From Gemmatimonas sp. (GTDB lineage Bacteria > Gemmatimonadota > Gemmatimonadetes > Gemmatimonadales > Gemmatimonadaceae), in the NCBI GenBank assembly GCA_025361705.1, contig JANYJW010000039.1:16231-80230 (forward strand): a stretch of DNA of 64,000 bases, given 5' to 3'. The translations under genes and the position numbers were made by a program. This document shows, piece after piece, positions 56,171 through 64,000 of the stretch (positions are counted from its first letter, which is position 1; the number at the start of each line of letters is the position of its first letter). The notes under the pieces were generated by a model that saw only the letters and a program-made list of their open reading frames with translations, ran no database searches and had not been told where the DNA came from.

Positions 56171-56184
56171 CCCCTGCACCACAC
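56171..56184 (+). repeat. CCCCTGCACCACAC motif (repeat family 2)
   Basis: Identical 14-mer to 6771-6784, followed in both loci by a gtgcct(t/g)tgcc-like segment. It lies 32 nt upstream of the queD ATG. Confidence 0.7.
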
Positions 56185-56215
56185 GGTGTCCGTGCCTTTG
56201 CCCCCGGGGTGACTG

Positions 56216-56569
56216 ATGGATGTGTATTGCGAGTTCAGCATCGCCGCCGGTCGCCGACTCACCGGCGTTCCCGACGATCATCCGTGCGCACGAATCCACG
56301 GGCACACCTTCCTCGTGCGGCTGACCGTCACCGGCCCCGTTGACCCGCACACTGGTTTTGTCGCCGACTTCGGTGATGTGCAGGCCGCGTTCGCCCCGGT
56401 GTACGAGGCACTCGACCACCGCTTCCTTAATGAAGTGCCTGGCCTCGAGAACCCGACGAGCGAGCACCTGGCCGCGTGGATCTGGCGCCGGCTCGCAGAC
56501 GGGTTGCCGGGCCTGAGTGCCGTCGAAATCACCGAGACCGGGGCGTCCGGCGTGATTTTCCGGGGGTGA
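56216..56569 (+). CDS. queD: 6-carboxy-5,6,7,8-tetrahydropterin synthase
   Basis: CARIHGHTF zinc-ligand motif and the DHRFLNE segment. 117 aa. Confidence 0.9.
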   Translation: MDVYCEFSIAAGRRLTGVPDDHPCARIHGHTFLVRLTVTGPVDPHTGFVADFGDVQAAFAPVYEALDHRFLNEVPGLENPTSEHLAAWIWRRLADGLPGLSAVEITETGASGVIFRG

Positions 56570-56685
56570 CCGCGGGCTGACGGCAGGCCGGGCGGCAGCC
56601 GCGACACGCCATGCCGGGTGATCGCTGAGTTGCTGACGGTCCGAGGTTCCTTCAGGAGGCGATTCCGAGTAGATTTCTGGCTTCC

Positions 56686-57243
56686 ATGACTCGCCCCTTC
56701 CGCCTCTTCGCCATCCTCGCGCTCCTCGCGACCGCCGCCCGTCCGGCGTCGTCTCAGGGAACCGGGCCGCTGGCCGCGCTGCTCAGCCGAGGAGCCAATC
56801 CCGACGGGCCGTTTGCCAAGCGGAGCATGGCCACCACGGACTCGTTGGTCGAGCGTGCCAGGGAGCAGTTGGGCCGGCGCTACCGCTTTGCCGCTGCGTC
56901 GCCCGACCGCGGCTTCGACTGCAGTGGCCTGGTGAAGTACGTACTCGACGCGTTCGGCGTCGACCTGCCGCACAACGCCGCGCGCATTGCGCGCCTCGGC
57001 CAGCCCGTCGCATCCGACACGGCCGCCCTGCGACCGGGCGATTTGCTCATGTTCGGACGAGGGCGCAGCAACCGCATTTCGCACGTGGGCATTTATGTCG
57101 GCGACGGCAAGATGATTCACGCGAGTACGAGCCAGCACCGGGTGGTCGAGACCAAGATCCCGACGCCCGGGTCGTCGCTGAAGCTGCGCACGGTGCGTCG
57201 AGTGCTCAGGGATTCCACCACAGCGAAACACGGTTCTGAGTAA
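56686..57243 (+). CDS. NlpC/P60 (C40) family cell-wall peptidase
   Basis: Signal peptide, catalytic FDCSGLVKYV (Cys) and SHVGIYVGDGKMIHAS (His). Confidence 0.85.
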   Translation: MTRPFRLFAILALLATAARPASSQGTGPLAALLSRGANPDGPFAKRSMATTDSLVERAREQLGRRYRFAAASPDRGFDCSGLVKYVLDAFGVDLPHNAARIARLGQPVASDTAALRPGDLLMFGRGRSNRISHVGIYVGDGKMIHASTSQHRVVETKIPTPGSSLKLRTVRRVLRDSTTAKHGSE

Positions 57244-57462
57244 CACGCGACACGTTGGATCGTCTCTCGCTCGGCTTCGGCTGGGCGCTTTTCTTTGCCG
57301 GTGTGCGCGTTAGACCAGAAAAATCAGTTGGTTGGGCTTATTGACGTTTTCGGTCGCGCGGCCAAAGTTTTAGCGGACTCGGATGTACAGCTTTCCCTCC
57401 AGCCGGGAGTTCGGCGGGTGGGTTTGGTCTTATTTGCAACACTTTCCTCACGAGGTGCCATT

Positions 57463-60261
57463 ATGGTGGGACGAATCGTCGGCAGGCTGCTCGCGGCAAT
57501 CGGGTTTGTTGCCGCAGCGGGAACCGCGGCGGCGCAGACGGGACGCATTGTCGGCAAGGTGACTGACGCTGGGGGCACTGCGATTGCGGCTGCCACCGTA
57601 CAGGCCATCGAGGGCCTGCGCACCGTGTCCGTGGTGACGACCGGCGATGACGGCACCTATCGCATCACGCCTTCCAAGGCCGGCACCTTTGGCATCAAGG
57701 TGACGCGCATCGGCTTCAAGCCGCGCGCGGTGTACGGCATTGCCGTGGCCAGCGCCTCGGTGACGGTCAACATCACGCTCGACGAGATGCCCACGCAGCT
57801 GAACACCGTGGCCATCACCGGCATCGCCGAAGAAGAGAAGATCAACAAGGCGCCCGCCGCGATCAGCGTGCTCAGCCAGCAGACGATCAACGAGACGGTG
57901 ACCGCCACGGCCACGGATCAGCTCCGCAGCGTGCCGGGCATCGACATCACGTCGGGCGGTGTCGTGCAGTCGAACGTGGTGGCCCGCGGCTTCAACAACA
58001 TCTTCTCCGGATCGTTGCTGATGCTGACCGACAACCGCTTCAACTTCGTGCCGTCGCTGAAGGTGAACGTCTCGTACATGTCGACGAACACGAACGAGGA
58101 CATCGAGCGGATGGAAGTCGTCCTCGGACCCGCGGCGGCGCTCTACGGACCCAACGCATCGCAGGGCGTCCTGCACGTCATCACCAAGTCGCCGTTCGAC
58201 TCGAAGGGCGGCACGGCCACGGTGGACGTCGGCGAGCAGAGCCTGCTGCGCGTCTCCGGCCGGTACGCCAACACCATCGGCACGAAGTTTGGTTTCAAGC
58301 TGTCCGCCGAGCGCCTGACGGCGACTGACTTCACGAGCTTTGACGCCGTGGAAGCGGCCGCGGGCCGCCAGCGCTCGTTTGACATTGCGCGCACGGCGGT
58401 GGACCTGCGCACCGACTATCGCCCGGATGCCAAGACGGAAATCGTCATGAACATCGGGCACACGGCGATCGGAAGCGCGGTGGAGCCCACCGGCCTCGGC
58501 GCCGCACAGATCAAGGACTGGGCGTTCTCCTCGTACCAGCTGCGCGCCAAGCGCGGCAAGCTGTTCGCCCAGTTCTTCATGAATGCCAGCAATGCGGGCG
58601 AGACGTTCCTGCTGCGCACCGGCCAGAAGATGGTGGACCAGTCGAACCAGAAAGTCGCGCAGGTGCAGCACAGCATGTCGTTCGCGGGTGGCAAGCAGAC
58701 GTTCGTGTACGGCGCCGACTATCTGGCGACGGAGCCGAAGACGGGCGGCACGATCAACGGGCGCAACGAAAGCAACGACAACTTCACGGAAGTCGGTGGG
58801 TACGTGCATTCGATCACCCACCTGAACAAGTACTGGGACGCCGTCGGCGCCATCCGGTATGACAAGCACAGCCGCCTCAGCAAGGGCAACTGGTCGCCCC
58901 GCGTGGCGATCGTGTACAACCCGTCGGAGACGCAGAGCTTCCGCGTGTCGTACAACGAGGCGTTTTCGAACCCGTCCAGCAACAACATGTTCCTCGACCT
59001 CGCGGCCGGGTACGTGGGCGGCACGAACGCGTCGAACTCGCTGTTCACGGTGCGCGCGCTCGGCACGCCGTCGTCGGGCCTGCAGTTCCGTCGGGATTGC
59101 ACGGGCGGCACCGGCGGCCTCTGCATGAAGGTGCCCACCGCGTTCGGTGGCTCCACGGGCACGTTCTTCCCGGCCAATGCGTCGCTGTTCTACCGCGCCG
59201 CCGTCGGTGCGGCGGCGGCGGGTGGCATGGGCAACTCGGTCGCGGCCGGCCTCGCGGCCGCCGGACTCCCGGCGAGCCTCGTGCCAATGCTGGCGAGCGC
59301 CGTCATGACCAAGCTGGGCGGCATCCAGCCGACGTCGGCGCAGGTGGGCACGGTGCTCCGCGTCCTCAACCCGACGACGGCGCGCTTCAACGACGTCGCG
59401 GCCGCTGACGTGCGTGACATCGAGCAGATACGCCCGACGCTGACCACGGGATGGGAAGCGGGCTGGAAGGGCCAGGTCGGCAAGAAGTTCTACGGCACGG
59501 TGGACTGGTGGTATTCGGAGCGCACCGACTTCGTTGGCCCGCTCATCGTCGAGACTCCGAACGTCTTCCTCGACGCCGCCACGCTCGCCGGCTTCCTTGG
59601 TCCGCAGGTGGCCGACACGCTGGCGAAGGCGCTGACCCCGTTCATGGGACCGGCCGTCGCGGCTGGCACCGCGGCCGCCATCGCGAACGGCCTCACGCCG
59701 CAACTCGCCGGCGGCCTGGGTGGCGTCAGCGGCTCGGCCACCACGGGCGTTCCGCTCGGCGTGGTGAACCCCAACTACGCACTGTCGAACAGCACGGACA
59801 TCGTGTTGGCCTATCGCAACTTCGGCCGCGTGCGCGTCAGCGGCCTCGACTTCAGCGGCACCTACATGTTGGATGACGCGTGGTCGCTGTATGGGACGTA
59901 CAGCTGGGTGAGCCGCGATTTCTTCCCGCGCGCGCAGGTGGGCGGCGTGTCGGACATCGCGCTCAATGCGCCGCGCAACAAGGGCACGGCCGCGGTGCGC
60001 TACCGCGACGATGCCAGCGGCCTCAACGGCGAGATGCGCTTCCGTCGCACGACGGCGTTCCCGGGCAACTCCGGCGTGTATGTTGGCCAGGTGGAGGGCT
60101 ACAACCTGCTCGACGCCTCGCTGACGTTCCGTCCGAACTTCCTCGGCGGTGCCATGCTGTCGATCATGGCGCAGAACATGCTCAACCTGAAGCACTCCGA
60201 GTTCATTGGCGGCGCGGCCCTCGGCCGTCTCATCATGACCCGCGTGCAGTACGCGTTCTAG
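57463..60261 (+). CDS. TonB-dependent outer-membrane receptor with CarboxypepD_reg-like N-domain
   Basis: Signal MVGRIVGRLLAAIGFVAAAGTAAAQ. GRIVGKVTDAGGTAIAAATVQA...GFKP. Plug (IERMEVVLGPAAALYGPNA). C-terminal ...RVQYAF. GAGGTG SD lies 6 nt before the ATG. Confidence 0.9.
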   Translation: MVGRIVGRLLAAIGFVAAAGTAAAQTGRIVGKVTDAGGTAIAAATVQAIEGLRTVSVVTTGDDGTYRITPSKAGTFGIKVTRIGFKPRAVYGIAVASASVTVNITLDEMPTQLNTVAITGIAEEEKINKAPAAISVLSQQTINETVTATATDQLRSVPGIDITSGGVVQSNVVARGFNNIFSGSLLMLTDNRFNFVPSLKVNVSYMSTNTNEDIERMEVVLGPAAALYGPNASQGVLHVITKSPFDSKGGTATVDVGEQSLLRVSGRYANTIGTKFGFKLSAERLTATDFTSFDAVEAAAGRQRSFDIARTAVDLRTDYRPDAKTEIVMNIGHTAIGSAVEPTGLGAAQIKDWAFSSYQLRAKRGKLFAQFFMNASNAGETFLLRTGQKMVDQSNQKVAQVQHSMSFAGGKQTFVYGADYLATEPKTGGTINGRNESNDNFTEVGGYVHSITHLNKYWDAVGAIRYDKHSRLSKGNWSPRVAIVYNPSETQSFRVSYNEAFSNPSSNNMFLDLAAGYVGGTNASNSLFTVRALGTPSSGLQFRRDCTGGTGGLCMKVPTAFGGSTGTFFPANASLFYRAAVGAAAAGGMGNSVAAGLAAAGLPASLVPMLASAVMTKLGGIQPTSAQVGTVLRVLNPTTARFNDVAAADVRDIEQIRPTLTTGWEAGWKGQVGKKFYGTVDWWYSERTDFVGPLIVETPNVFLDAATLAGFLGPQVADTLAKALTPFMGPAVAAGTAAAIANGLTPQLAGGLGGVSGSATTGVPLGVVNPNYALSNSTDIVLAYRNFGRVRVSGLDFSGTYMLDDAWSLYGTYSWVSRDFFPRAQVGGVSDIALNAPRNKGTAAVRYRDDASGLNGEMRFRRTTAFPGNSGVYVGQVEGYNLLDASLTFRPNFLGGAMLSIMAQNMLNLKHSEFIGGAALGRLIMTRVQYAF

Positions 60262-60294
60262 ACTTCGCAAGGCAAGTCCGAACGAACTACTGAA

Positions 60295-60322
60295 CGACCG
60301 TACGACCGTACGACCGTACGAC
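60295..60322 (+). repeat. Tandem octanucleotide repeat (CGACCGTA) x 3.5
   Basis: Perfect copies in the 3' region of the receptor gene, immediately before the terminator hairpin. Confidence 0.85.
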
Positions 60323-60325
60323 TGC

Positions 60326-60368
60326 ACGGCAGAACGGCGGGGCGCCCAGCGCTCCGCCGTTCTGTCGT
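60326..60368 (+). terminator. Terminator-like hairpin
   Basis: 15-bp stem (one G-U pair) acggcagaacggcgg / ccgccgttctgtcgt with a 13-nt loop. Confidence 0.6.
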
Positions 60369-60449
60369 GCACGCCCTTGCCGCTTGGCCCACCCTAGCCG
60401 CAACCATGCCCGGTCCCTGCCTCCGCGCCACGTCACTATCTTCTCAGTG

Positions 60450-61259
60450 ATGCTCAACCTCCTCGATCCCTCGGCGCGCCTTGTGATTGCCCATCGCGGC
60501 AACTCGATGCACGCGCCGGAGGACACGCTGGAGTCGCTCCGTCAGGGGCTGGCACTTGGCGCGGACGGCCTGGAGTTCGACGTGCGCCTGAGCGCCGATG
60601 GCGTGCCGGTGATCATCCACGATTCCACGCTGGAACGCACCACCAATGGCACCGGCGCGGTGGCCGAGCGCACGCTGGCCGACCTGCGCCTCCTCGACGC
60701 CGGCTATCACTTCACGACGGACGGCGGACGCACGTTTCCGTACCGGGGCCGCGACATCCGCATTCCGACCCTCGACGAGGCGCTAGCGACCTTTCCCGGC
60801 ACCCCGTGCATCATTGAGCTGAAGACCCCCACGGCAACGTCCGCGTTCGCAACCATCGCCGCGGCACACGACGTCAAGGGGCGCGTGCTGGTGGGGAGCT
60901 TTCACGACGAGGCGCTGGCGCCGTTGCGTGGGCGTGGGTTCCACCTGACGGCGTCTTCGACGGAAGTCAGACAGCTCTACCTGCGCGCGCTGACGCTGCG
61001 CGGCGCCGGCGCACCGACATTCGCGGCGTGCAGCATCCCGCCGCGCTTCCGTCGACTGCCGGTTCCGGTGCTCCGCTTTGCGCGCCTGCTGCGCGCGCGC
61101 GGCATTCCCACGCACGTCTGGACCATCAACGACCCGCGTGCCGCGCTCCGCCTTTGGGATGGGGGCGTCAACGCGGTACTTTCCGATGATCCGGGGACGA
61201 TGCTCGACCTTCTCGGACGCACCCCACGACGGGCAGTTTCCCCGCTGGAGCCCAGATGA
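60450..61259 (+). CDS. Glycerophosphodiester phosphodiesterase (GDPD family)
   Basis: VIAHRGNS...PEDTLESL...GADGLEFDVRLSADGVPVIIHD catalytic motifs. Confidence 0.85.
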   Translation: MLNLLDPSARLVIAHRGNSMHAPEDTLESLRQGLALGADGLEFDVRLSADGVPVIIHDSTLERTTNGTGAVAERTLADLRLLDAGYHFTTDGGRTFPYRGRDIRIPTLDEALATFPGTPCIIELKTPTATSAFATIAAAHDVKGRVLVGSFHDEALAPLRGRGFHLTASSTEVRQLYLRALTLRGAGAPTFAACSIPPRFRRLPVPVLRFARLLRARGIPTHVWTINDPRAALRLWDGGVNAVLSDDPGTMLDLLGRTPRRAVSPLEPR

Positions 61260-63073
61260 CGGCACCGACGCCGGCCACGGCCGACAAGAAGAAGACGGAC
61301 TACAAGCAGGGCTGGGCCGAAGCCAAGGTGCTGATGTGGCGGCATCGCCGGACGCTGGCCATCGGCTTTGCGCTGATGCTCCTGAGCCGCGCCGCCGGTT
61401 TCGTGGGCCCGACCAGCACCAAGTGGCTCCTTGACGAAGTCGTCGGCAAGAAGCGCTTTGATCTGCTCATGCCGATTGCGCTCGCCGTGGGCGTCGCGGC
61501 GCTGGTGCAGGCGGCGACGTCGTTCGCGCTCTCGCAGGTGATCAGCGTCGCCGGCCAGCGCGCCATTACCGAGCTGCGCCGCAAGGTGCACGCGCGTCTC
61601 ATGCGACTGCCGGTGGCGTTCTTCGACGGCACGCAGAGTGGTGTGCTGATTTCACGCGTCATGAACGACGCCGAGGGCATCCGCAACCTGATCGGCACGG
61701 GCATCGTGCAAATGGTCGGCGGCCTGCTCACGGCCGTCGTCGCGCTCGGCGGCCTCTTCTGGCTCAACTGGCAGATGACGGTCGCCATCGTCGTCCTGCT
61801 CGGCATCTTCGGCGGCGGCATGGCGTACGCCTTCACGACGCTGCGTCCGATCTTTCGCGACCGCGGGGCGATCACCGCAGAGGTGAGCGGGCGGCTGGGG
61901 CAAGCGCTGGGCGGCGCGCGGGTGGTGAAGATCTATACCGCGGAAAAGCGCGAGGAGAAGGTCTTCACCGTGGGCGCCAATCGGCTCTTCCGGAACATTG
62001 CCAGCACGATCACCGGAACGTCGGCCATTGGCGCCCTCAGCATCGTGATCATCGGGGCCATCTACGTGGTGCTCGTGCTGTTCGGCGGGCGGGCGATCAT
62101 CGAGGGACGGATGACCGTCGGCGACCTGTTCATGTACGTCACGTTCGTGCTCCTGGTGGCGTTTCCCGTGGTGCAAATGGCGAGCATCGGTACGCAGTTC
62201 ACCGAGGCGTTCGCCGGACTCGACCGCATCCGCGAGATCATGCAGACGCCCACCGAGGACGAGAATGACGCCGACCACGACCGGCTGCCGGACTTGCGCG
62301 GAGAGATCAGTTTTGACGACGTGACGTTCGAGTACCGCGAGGGGATTCCCGTGCTCAAGGGCGTCACCTTCACCGCGCCGGCCGGCACGACCACGGCGCT
62401 CGTGGGATCGTCAGGTTCGGGCAAGAGTACGCTGATTTCGCTGATCATGGCGTTCGCCCGTCCCGTGCACGGTCGCGTGCTGGTGGACGGTCGCGACCTC
62501 GCGGGACTACGCCTGCGCGACTACCGCGCCAACCTGGGCGTGGTGCTGCAGGACAACTTCCTGTTCGACGGCACGGTGCTCGACAACATCGCCTTCTCAA
62601 AGCCGGGGGCCACGCGCGATGAAGTGCTCGCGGCGGCGCGCGTGGCGCACTGTGACGAGTTCGTGTCGCAGTTTCCCGATGGCTACGCGACCATTGTCGG
62701 CGAACGTGGCGTAAAGTTGTCGGGCGGACAACGGCAGCGCGTGGCGATTGCCCGCGCCATCCTCAGCGACCCGAGGGTGCTGATGCTCGACGAGGCCACG
62801 TCGAGTCTCGACAGCGAGAGCGAGCAGCAGATCAAGGAAGGGCTCCGGGCGCTGCGCACCGGGCGGACGACATTTGTCATCGCGCACCGCCTGAGCACCA
62901 TTCAGAGCGCCGACCAGATTCTCGTGCTCGAACATGGCGAAATCGTCGAGCGCGGCACGCACGGCGAGCTGCTGCGGATGAACGGGCGCTACAAGCAGCT
63001 GTACGACACGCAATACCGGATGGAACTCGACCAGTTCATCAATCCGGGCGAAGAGATCGCGCGGCAGGTGTGA
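61256..63073 (+). CDS. ABC exporter, fused permease/ATPase (MsbA-like)
   Basis: Six-TM ABC_membrane domain. Walker A GSSGSGKST, signature LSGGQRQR, Walker B LMLDEATS. The ATG overlaps the upstream stop (ATGA). Confidence 0.9.
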   Translation: MTAPTPATADKKKTDYKQGWAEAKVLMWRHRRTLAIGFALMLLSRAAGFVGPTSTKWLLDEVVGKKRFDLLMPIALAVGVAALVQAATSFALSQVISVAGQRAITELRRKVHARLMRLPVAFFDGTQSGVLISRVMNDAEGIRNLIGTGIVQMVGGLLTAVVALGGLFWLNWQMTVAIVVLLGIFGGGMAYAFTTLRPIFRDRGAITAEVSGRLGQALGGARVVKIYTAEKREEKVFTVGANRLFRNIASTITGTSAIGALSIVIIGAIYVVLVLFGGRAIIEGRMTVGDLFMYVTFVLLVAFPVVQMASIGTQFTEAFAGLDRIREIMQTPTEDENDADHDRLPDLRGEISFDDVTFEYREGIPVLKGVTFTAPAGTTTALVGSSGSGKSTLISLIMAFARPVHGRVLVDGRDLAGLRLRDYRANLGVVLQDNFLFDGTVLDNIAFSKPGATRDEVLAAARVAHCDEFVSQFPDGYATIVGERGVKLSGGQRQRVAIARAILSDPRVLMLDEATSSLDSESEQQIKEGLRALRTGRTTFVIAHRLSTIQSADQILVLEHGEIVERGTHGELLRMNGRYKQLYDTQYRMELDQFINPGEEIARQV

Positions 63074-63092
63074 CCGACAAGACGACAGCGTG

Positions 63093-63134
63093 CGACAGAG
63101 GCCCGGGTGACATGACTGTCCCGGGCCTCTGTCG
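63093..63134. terminator. Bidirectional terminator hairpin
   Basis: Perfect 15-bp stem cgacagaggcccggg / cccgggcctctgtcg with a 12-nt loop, between convergent genes. Confidence 0.7.
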
Positions 63135-63183
63135 TACTCCGTGGTTCTCTGCCGTTCGCCGTCGCACGCTGGCACGAAGGCTT

Positions 63184-63576
63184 CTACGGAACCTTCTTGC
63201 CCGTCATCTTGCCGCCATCGCCCTGCATGGACCACGAGCCGTCGAGCGTGTTGTCCGCGGCCAGCGTGAGTTCGGCCACGGCCTCCACTCCCTGCGGCGT
63301 AGCGAGCACGATCTTGAGGGTGCGTCCCTCGATCTTGAGTGACGCGATGACCGACTGCCCGTAGTTGGGGTTCGTCAGCGTCCCGCCGTAGGTCCCGTCG
63401 TCCTTCTTCTCAATCACCAGGTCAAAGTCGGCGGCCTGCCCCTGCACGACAGCCTGAACGGCGTATTTTCCGACGGGATCAACGGCCGGCGCAGCGGGCT
63501 TGGCTTCACCCTGGGCGCGCAATGCGGCGGGCAGCACGAGGACGAGCGCGAGAGCGGCGAGCAGGCGGATTCTCAT
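63184..63576 (-). CDS. Small secreted hypothetical protein (130 aa)
   Basis: Signal peptide MRIRLLAALALVLVLPAALRAQ followed by a beta-rich domain. Start at the internal ATG 63576 of the long ORF. Confidence 0.6.
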   Translation of the reverse strand: MRIRLLAALALVLVLPAALRAQGEAKPAAPAVDPVGKYAVQAVVQGQAADFDLVIEKKDDGTYGGTLTNPNYGQSVIASLKIEGRTLKIVLATPQGVEAVAELTLAADNTLDGSWSMQGDGGKMTGKKVP

Positions 63577-63745
63577 CGTGAGTCGATTCCTCTTTGAGGT
63601 GGCGGGGCGGGGCGAACGCGACGTCCTAGAATACCCTACTCGACGGCGAAGTGCCACGACGACGCGCCGTGCCCGACGCGCCGTGCCCGTTGCCGCCGCC
63701 CTCGCGCATCGCCATGCTTGGGCCTTCTCCGACCCATCCCACCCC

Positions 63746-64000
63746 GTGCCCTGGCCGCAATCGTACAACCCGCTCGGCAGCGTCCTGTGGTCGACGCTCG
63801 CCGCGGCGCTTCCGGTGGTCCTCCTGCTCGGTGCGCTCGCCTCGCACCGAGTCCGCGCGCACTGGGCCGCGCTCCTTGGCCTCGGCTCCGCTCTCGCCAT
63901 TGCCGTGGCGGTCTCGGGAATGCCCGTGGCATCGGCGGGGGCCGCGGCCGCCCTCGGCGCGGCGTATGGCCTGTTCCCCATCGGGTGGATTCTCGTCAAC
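63746..64000 (+). CDS. lldP: L-lactate/glycolate permease (LctP family), 3' end outside window
   Basis: Not in the ORF track because it is truncated. The translation VPWPQSYNPLGSVLWSTLAAALPVVLLLGAL...MPVASAGAAAALGAAYGLFPIGWILVN follows the LldP N-terminal pattern (W.Q.Y.P.G...MP...G..YGL.PI.WI). Confidence 0.7.
   Translation, partial: MPWPQSYNPLGSVLWSTLAAALPVVLLLGALASHRVRAHWAALLGLGSALAIAVAVSGMPVASAGAAAALGAAYGLFPIGWILVN

Overview
A high-GC (about 70%) bacterial chromosomal segment, densely coded with mostly housekeeping and envelope genes. Gene content (CarboxypepD_reg-type TonB-dependent receptors, PEGA-domain Ser/Thr kinase) suggests a Gemmatimonadota/Acidobacteria-like organism, but this is inference only. 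I support about 55 CDS. They include lptF/lptG, two TonB-dependent receptors, three APC amino-acid permeases, ctaB, an aquaporin, ppa, ggt, acs, acnA, two Ser/Thr kinases, a DsbA-VKOR pair, aguB-aguA, queC-queE-queD, psuG, kynureninase, M16/M24/M28 peptidases, an SBP-MCP pair, a hybrid histidine kinase and an MsbA-like ABC exporter. I found no rRNA, tRNA, CRISPR array, transposase or prophage gene. The strongest finding is a secreted BCP/PrxQ-type peroxiredoxin (47330-47914) that is split by a single in-frame TGA. The TGA sits exactly on the peroxidatic Cys of the PxxxTxxC motif and is followed 14 nt later by a SECIS-like hairpin, so it is a candidate selenoprotein that ORF callers break into two pieces. 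Other findings are a patatin phospholipase fused to a 4Fe-4S ferredoxin domain, and an overlapping four-gene operon (M28 peptidase, serine-less AdoMetDC-like protein, polytopic membrane protein, DUF2461). There is also an SBP translationally coupled to a chemoreceptor, and at least three families of short intergenic repeats, some palindromic and some tandem, abutting start or stop codons. Many long ORFs in the six-frame track are antisense or off-frame high-GC artefacts and were rejected.
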